Shown piece after piece: positions 58,715-64,000 of a stretch of 64,000 nt of DNA. How positions within the stretch are numbered: the first letter of the stretch is position 1; every line of letters starts with the position of its first letter. Both the position numbers and the translations under genes were made by a program. The stretch comes from Trichodelitschia bisporula (lineage: Eukaryota): positions 1,272,217 to 1,336,216 of the forward strand of contig ML996690.1 of the NCBI GenBank assembly GCA_010356995.1, written 5' to 3'. The notes below the pieces were generated by a model. It had not been told where the DNA came from. It ran no database searches and worked only from the letters and a program-made list of their open reading frames with translations.

Positions 58715-61700
58715 TTTGCCGGTTCGTAGAGGGGCGCATGGTGCGATGGCGGGGCAGCTTTACATATCGCTCGCCTGCGAGGCGGAAAAGCCATCCAGCC
58801 CTGCGCAAAATATGTTGCGAGTATCGGTACACGTCACAACGTGCGCTGTGCAGCGAGCCACGAGGCACGGCTAGCTCCGTTCAGCTGAGGCAGTCTGTGC
58901 CGGCCCATTGGAAAGCCATGCGGGGTAACGAGAGAAGAAGTGCCGAACCAACTTCTTTTTTTTTAGAGCTGAACCTGATCGCTTGATCTCTTGATCGCTT
59001 AAATCGGTGTGCCGTCGGCGTAAGCCAGCCGACTCACATGGTGAACGAGTAAGGCAGGAACCGTGGACGCTGATTGGTCGTGGCCGAATGAGACGGCGAG
59101 GCGAATTTTGAGCGCTTAGCGAGATCCTGGAAAGGGCCAAAGCGGGACGGGATCGTGAACTCACAACTCTAAGGCATTGGGCAGAACAAAATTGAGCTAG
59201 TACCTGCATCTGACCCCAACGTTGCCACTTCGTAGGTCTAGATTTAGTGTCTCCTGAAGTTGCACGGAGGCGGCGCCAAGCCATCTCAACCGAATCGGCA
59301 CTGAGTACGAGGTTACCAGATCAGCGAAGGCAGCAGAAAAAGGCCTCGGTTAGCTTGTCCGAAAAGCCCTGATCGAGACTCCATCGTTCTTCACAGCTCG
59401 GGGGTGGCTGATGGGCTTCCCGTCCCGGATACGCTTGATCACCAAATTCCGTGTTGACTGTCATTGTTATAGACAGCCGTAAACCAGTTTCTGGACGGTA
59501 TCCCGGCGTTGCCCGCTCACTACTAGTCGGGCCGGTACAAAAAAAAGTTGAACGTTATCCCGAGGCCGCGGTCGGCCCGACCCAGTCCAATGGCCATCAT
59601 CTGGGGTACACCATCCGCTCATCTGGGTGGGCTGACGTGCAGCGGGCCACCAACACACTGCCTTATAGACATGTGGTCATGCTGATTGTGGTACCACAAA
59701 TATGTGCGCCCGATGTAGGTATGAGTCTGGAATGCAAGAACTGCTCAATGGTCAATCATGTGCGCATCAGATAGGGAAATGGGACAAGTGAACACCGCGG
59801 TTATTTGGGATCGGGTCGTACGATGGAAATGCCCAGTTATATTTTACTCCTGTAGCAAGGCCGGTATAGCCACGCTTGAATATCCAAGATTCTCGGGTCG
59901 CGAGGCAGGGCAGGAGGACCTGCCTAAGGTATCACGAATCGACGGTGTGTCCAGTGTCCTGGTCTCTCAAGCCATCGAAGAATGCATGAGCCTCATGATA
60001 CCAGTATTCCGATACAAATTCCTATGCAAGCAATCTATAGCACCGTCAGTGTTGTTTCTCTACAAGTTGATCTGCTGAAACCTCCAATCTAGGCTGTCGT
60101 CGAGGATAGGGGTGCCATGGACGCTGACAACCTGGAGCCGTTGGAGAACGATCGCACAAGCAGCGGCAGTTGCTCTAAAATATATGAATCGGCTCATTAG
60201 GAGGCCGCAGCAATGCTCGTTGTTGCTGGCCATGGACCTCACTGCTGGCTGCGTGCCTCATGTGTAGGGATCCGGTTGTGAGGGCTCCCGTCCATTGGTG
60301 TCGAAACCAAGCAGAGTGGCAGCTTTGCCAGCGTGCCCGTAAAGAACATTGACTGCTATGAAGTTGTCGGTAACATGCTCGGGTGGCAAACATCTTGGTC
60401 TCGTTCGAGAGCAATACAAGAAACGAGGGAGCCGGTGGTCGACGCTCGAGGGGATAGCTCCGACGATGAGCCGGGCATCCTGAGAACTGAAACGCTGGAG
60501 CGAAAGGGGTGCTACGGGACCGAAGATTGTTCAGTATAATGTCTGCTGCGTGATTGCCCCCCAGGCAAAACGGGAGCACTGCAGTGGGGGCCAGCGGCGG
60601 GCATCGCAGGTCGCATTTCGCCCACGACTCCTGCGCTCCACGAGCAGCGAGCCAGCGTCCCTTCCCCGCGCCCTCTAACCATTGCCGAGACATCACAAAG
60701 GTGATGCCGTTCTCGCTTCAGAGCCTACCATATCCGTTGGCCGAGCACGACGCAGTGACCAGGAGTGACGATAAGCGTCCCGATTCCGGTTTGAATGATG
60801 CAGTCATGCAGTCTGGACGAACAAGCAAGTCCGCGGAGGCCCGACCACTCCATAGGACAAAAGGAATAATCTGGGCAGACTTTTCCCCAACCAGCCCAAG
60901 CCGCGAAGCAGGGCCCGCTTTCCCCACTCGGCTCTGGCTTCGTGGACCAGGGGCTGGGGGGGAGGAGCGTGCACCGGTCTGGCACTGATACGGGCGGCAT
61001 GCAGGTCTCCATGCTCGCTGTGCTACCATCACGTCATGATCAATGAGGCGAGCTTCCGAGGAGGGGTGTGGGTGGGGAAGGATTGCCATTTAGGAGGCAA
61101 GCGTGGTTGCCGTGTAGGGGGAGGATTAGCTTTCTCGAATCCATTGGGACACTGCGCTGATCGCTTTGCGTAAAATTGGCGTAGAAGGACGGGATTGATG
61201 AGGGATCTTCGAGGGTTGCAGGAAGATGAGGTAGACAATTGGGGGTCATTGTAGGTGCTTGCCGTGTGTGTGACAGGGAGAGCGTAGATGACGCAAAGGA
61301 GCTCAACGGAGTTAACCTGCGGACATGTACTTCGGGGCCCTTCTGCAGTTGTTTGCATATGCCGGGACCACTTTGCAAGCTGAGGGGAGGCTAAATATGG
61401 AGATGATGCGTTGACTTGCAGGCAACTTGGCCGTGGAGCTGAGGCGACCGGTCGCATATGTTGGGGAATGCAATGGTGGAGTGCTGGCTGCTGTTTCATG
61501 CAATATCAGTTTGAGCAAAAAAGCGGATTCCCGAACGCACAGAGGACCACTGGCTGGTTGCCTACGACCTCATACTATATTTTTGTGGTTGATGATGTCC
61601 CGTGTGCGGTTGATCGTGAAGCTGTGGGGAATGGCTTTGCGCCACCCACGACGTCATTGCCGTGTCCCCGTTTACCCTGCATTCAGGACCACCACCTTGG

Positions 61701-62224
61701 CGTCCGAGCTTTACTGGCTGTGACGTCGCTCTCAGTTGTTGCCTTCGACTCTCAGCCTTGTTCGCATAATCATCTGCGACACCGCGATAATGGGTATGGG
61801 AATCCTCCTGACGACAATCCATTGTGCTTACTTCGTATCCTGCATCTGAGCTTTCCCGTTAATCCCCTGCCGTGTCATAGGCTTTAGACTTCCACAGCTG
61901 CCAACTTACCCGCATTCGCCAACTTGGCTGCATATCTGATCACCCTGCATAACCAACCCCGATAGACATGGACCCTGAATTGACGCTCATCCATCCTTCT
62001 CGTACCTCCGATTACCCTTCCCCACCAAACATCCCGCCCCGATCGGCAAATAACGTCTAGACCGGTACTAGCCCCAGAGGACGCCTACCTGCACGCCCGC
62101 CGATCGCGCGCTGCAGGGCGGCAAAGGGTCGTGCTCGTCATGTACTTCGGGCGTTCGTACCTGTTTCCCCGTCACCTAGATATATGAGTGCAGCGGCGCC
62201 GCTTCTCCCATCATCAAACCCACA

Positions 62225-62491
62225 ATGGACAACTCAAGCATGTCATCACGCTACACAATCATCAACGACCTCAGGGACCAGTCGCCCCCGTCACGATCCG
62301 AATATGCGCGGTAAGTACTGAGCGTGAGGCAGTGTGTGATGGTAACTCACAAAGAGGCAAGTTTAATGCTGCAGCACACCAAGCAGCAGCTCGACGTCGC
62401 GGCCAACTCGGCCCTTCGGAGGTCGTCAGGATCGCCCTCAAGCTTTTCCAGTTCCTCTTCCAACAGCTCTGTGAGCTCTACTGGCTCTTGA
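62225..62491 (+). CDS. Spliced 71-aa micro-protein (exons 62225-62310, 62362-62491)
   Basis: Start context CACAATGG, donor GTAAGT at 62311, branch-like GGTAAC and acceptor AAG at 62361. Product: MDNSSMSSRYTIINDLRDQSPPSRSEYARLMLQHTKQQLDVAANSALRRSSGSPSSFSSSSSNSSVSSTGS. Confidence 0.65.
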
Positions 62492-63109
62492 TTGTGTTCG
62501 AAGGCGTGGGGGTCAAGGTTTTTTTTTTGTTGTTTTACAAGCGATGGGCATGTATGGCAGGCGCAAGCACGGCATTTGAATTTTGGAACCAAGCAAAGAT
62601 TACTTCTTAATCACAATTGAAGTGCGTTCCCAGTGAACTTGTTCCCGAGAGCCCGAATCAAGCACATGCCAGGCCCGGGATAGGCCATGTGAGTAAAAAT
62701 TCTGAACTGTGAATCCCTGTCCAGAGCGCAAATCGCCAGTCTCGAGAAGGCCGTTAGTGGTGTGGCACTCTTGAGAAGCGATTCGGTCCCAGGGCAGACA
62801 TCACGTCCGTCACGGCGGACGCTTTTCCGGAAAGGAAACTAGGTAGTCAGGGCTCACGGGAGAAGCCCTGGTGCCTTCCCGTGACTGCCGCATGGAGGCA
62901 AGCCCTATTTCAATATAAAAGCTTATCAGTCCGATACATTGCAACTGAGATCGCACGATGAAACGGCAAAAGCTCAGACCACATGACGCCCGGTCTGACA
63001 TTCAATTCCTCCGTCAGAGGGCACGGCTGGAAACACTTGGAAATCGGATACGCATCACGGCACTTTAGCACCGGCAGTTGCAAAGAAAGACCAAGCCTCA
63101 ATTTATCGC

Positions 63110-64000
63110 TTAGCAGACGGTATCCAAAAACACGCTTTGCCCATACAAATTGTATGTATCCGCATTGTTCAGCGCCGACTTCTCCGCCAGCGCCTTGCAC
63201 TGCTGCGGGCCCTGTGCCTGATCACCCGTCGACGGCTTGTACAACAGTGATGAATGTGAGAGCTCATGCATGATAACGCCGGGCAAATTCATTCGCTCGC
63301 ACTTCTTGGCGTCATCCGGGTACTGCTTGATCGTCGGGCAGAACTCCGTCTTGCCGGTCGTAGGCTCCGTCCATGCTGCACCGATGGCATAGAAACCAGT
63401 GCACGTGGCCCGGCATGCGATCTTGATCGGGCCAGTTTCGCTCGTGAGTGTCTTGTAAATGGCTGCGTACCGGTCCGCCACCTTCTTGCGGTTCGCCTCG
63501 TTGTCGACCTTGAAGTAGGCTACAAAGGCGTCCTTGTGCTTCCCTGCGGCGGTTTCCTCTGAAGCCTTCTTTGCCATGGCCGCCGCAATGGGGATGCTGC
63601 GCTTGACCTTCGCATTCAGGACCTGGTCCTCGCATGCGCCGTAGATGAAATTCGATGCTGCCTCCGCGTTCGATGCTGCCTCCACGGTGATGCCGTCCAC
63701 GTGCCGCACCGGGATTTCGTCAGGCGCCGTGAAGGAAAGGACGTTGGTCTCGTAGACAGCGTCTCCCCTCTGATCTCCCAGGCGGAATGGAACAAGACCG
63801 CCGGCTTGCACCTCGTACTGCTCACTGGGTTGAAGCTCGTAGTGCGAAGCAATGTTGATCTCACGAGTGATGGAGACACCCGCTGGCAGCGATTCATATT
63901 CCTCTGGAGCGCCGACTGGCAGCCCCTCCGGATTGAGAAACTGCACGGGATCGCCGCCGATAGTGACGTACAGCTTACGGGCTAGCTGATCCGTTGACAG
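63110..64000 (-). CDS. Deuterolysin (M35) neutral zinc metalloprotease, 5' end beyond the window
   Basis: Zinc motif MHELSH plus the third-ligand region ALNNADTY, with a propeptide followed by the Cys-containing mature domain. Confidence 0.88.
   Translation of the reverse strand: MSTDQLARKLYVTIGGDPVQFLNPEGLPVGAPEEYESLPAGVSITREINIASHYELQPSEQYEVQAGGLVPFRLGDQRGDAVYETNVLSFTAPDEIPVRHVDGITVEAASNAEAASNFIYGACEDQVLNAKVKRSIPIAAAMAKKASEETAAGKHKDAFVAYFKVDNEANRKKVADRYAAIYKTLTSETGPIKIACRATCTGFYAIGAAWTEPTTGKTEFCPTIKQYPDDAKKCERMNLPGVIMHELSHSSLLYKPSTGDQAQGPQQCKALAEKSALNNADTYNLYGQSVFLDTVC

Noticed and set aside
58965..59005. GAACCTGATC resembling a TPP riboswitch core
   Set aside because: The upstream CTGAGA and downstream GATAAT...GCGTAGGGA elements are absent. 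It is a short TGATC triplication.
51785..64000. Secondary-metabolite gene cluster (P450, FAD oxidase, secreted protein)
   Set aside because: There is no backbone synthase, transporter or cluster regulator in the window, and the P450 is dead.

Overview
This is gene-dense, GC-rich eukaryotic DNA from a filamentous ascomycete. Short GT-AG introns with CTRAC-type branch sites and a Pezizomycotina-type gene set support this; the species cannot be fixed from sequence alone. It holds about 20 recognisable intron-containing genes (pICln/Lot5, sulfite oxidase-like, TmpA-like, PTH11-like, bL27m, esterase-like, CipC, SYG1, GTP cyclohydrolase I, Ctk1, a giant OB-fold protein, NDK, glucosidase II alpha, Cdc16, FAD lactone oxidase-like, a secreted Cys protein, M35 protease) and an intron-containing tRNA-Pro(CGG). 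The most striking unannotated structure is a ~4.9 kb insert (about 21469-26334) between two convergent genes. It looks like a non-autonomous Helitron: an A|TC start, a hairpin plus CTAG|T end, a Rep fragment and an internal minisatellite. It carries two fragments resembling Crinkler (CRN)-type effector/nuclease proteins and an intact orphan ORF. Other notable items are a spliced 71-aa micro-protein absent from the ORF track, a P450 pseudogene with four TAG stops in RIP context, an apparently frameshifted gene, a probable catalytically dead esterase and a 72-nt G/C homopolymer inside an intron. All family assignments come from motif recognition by eye, not from database searches.
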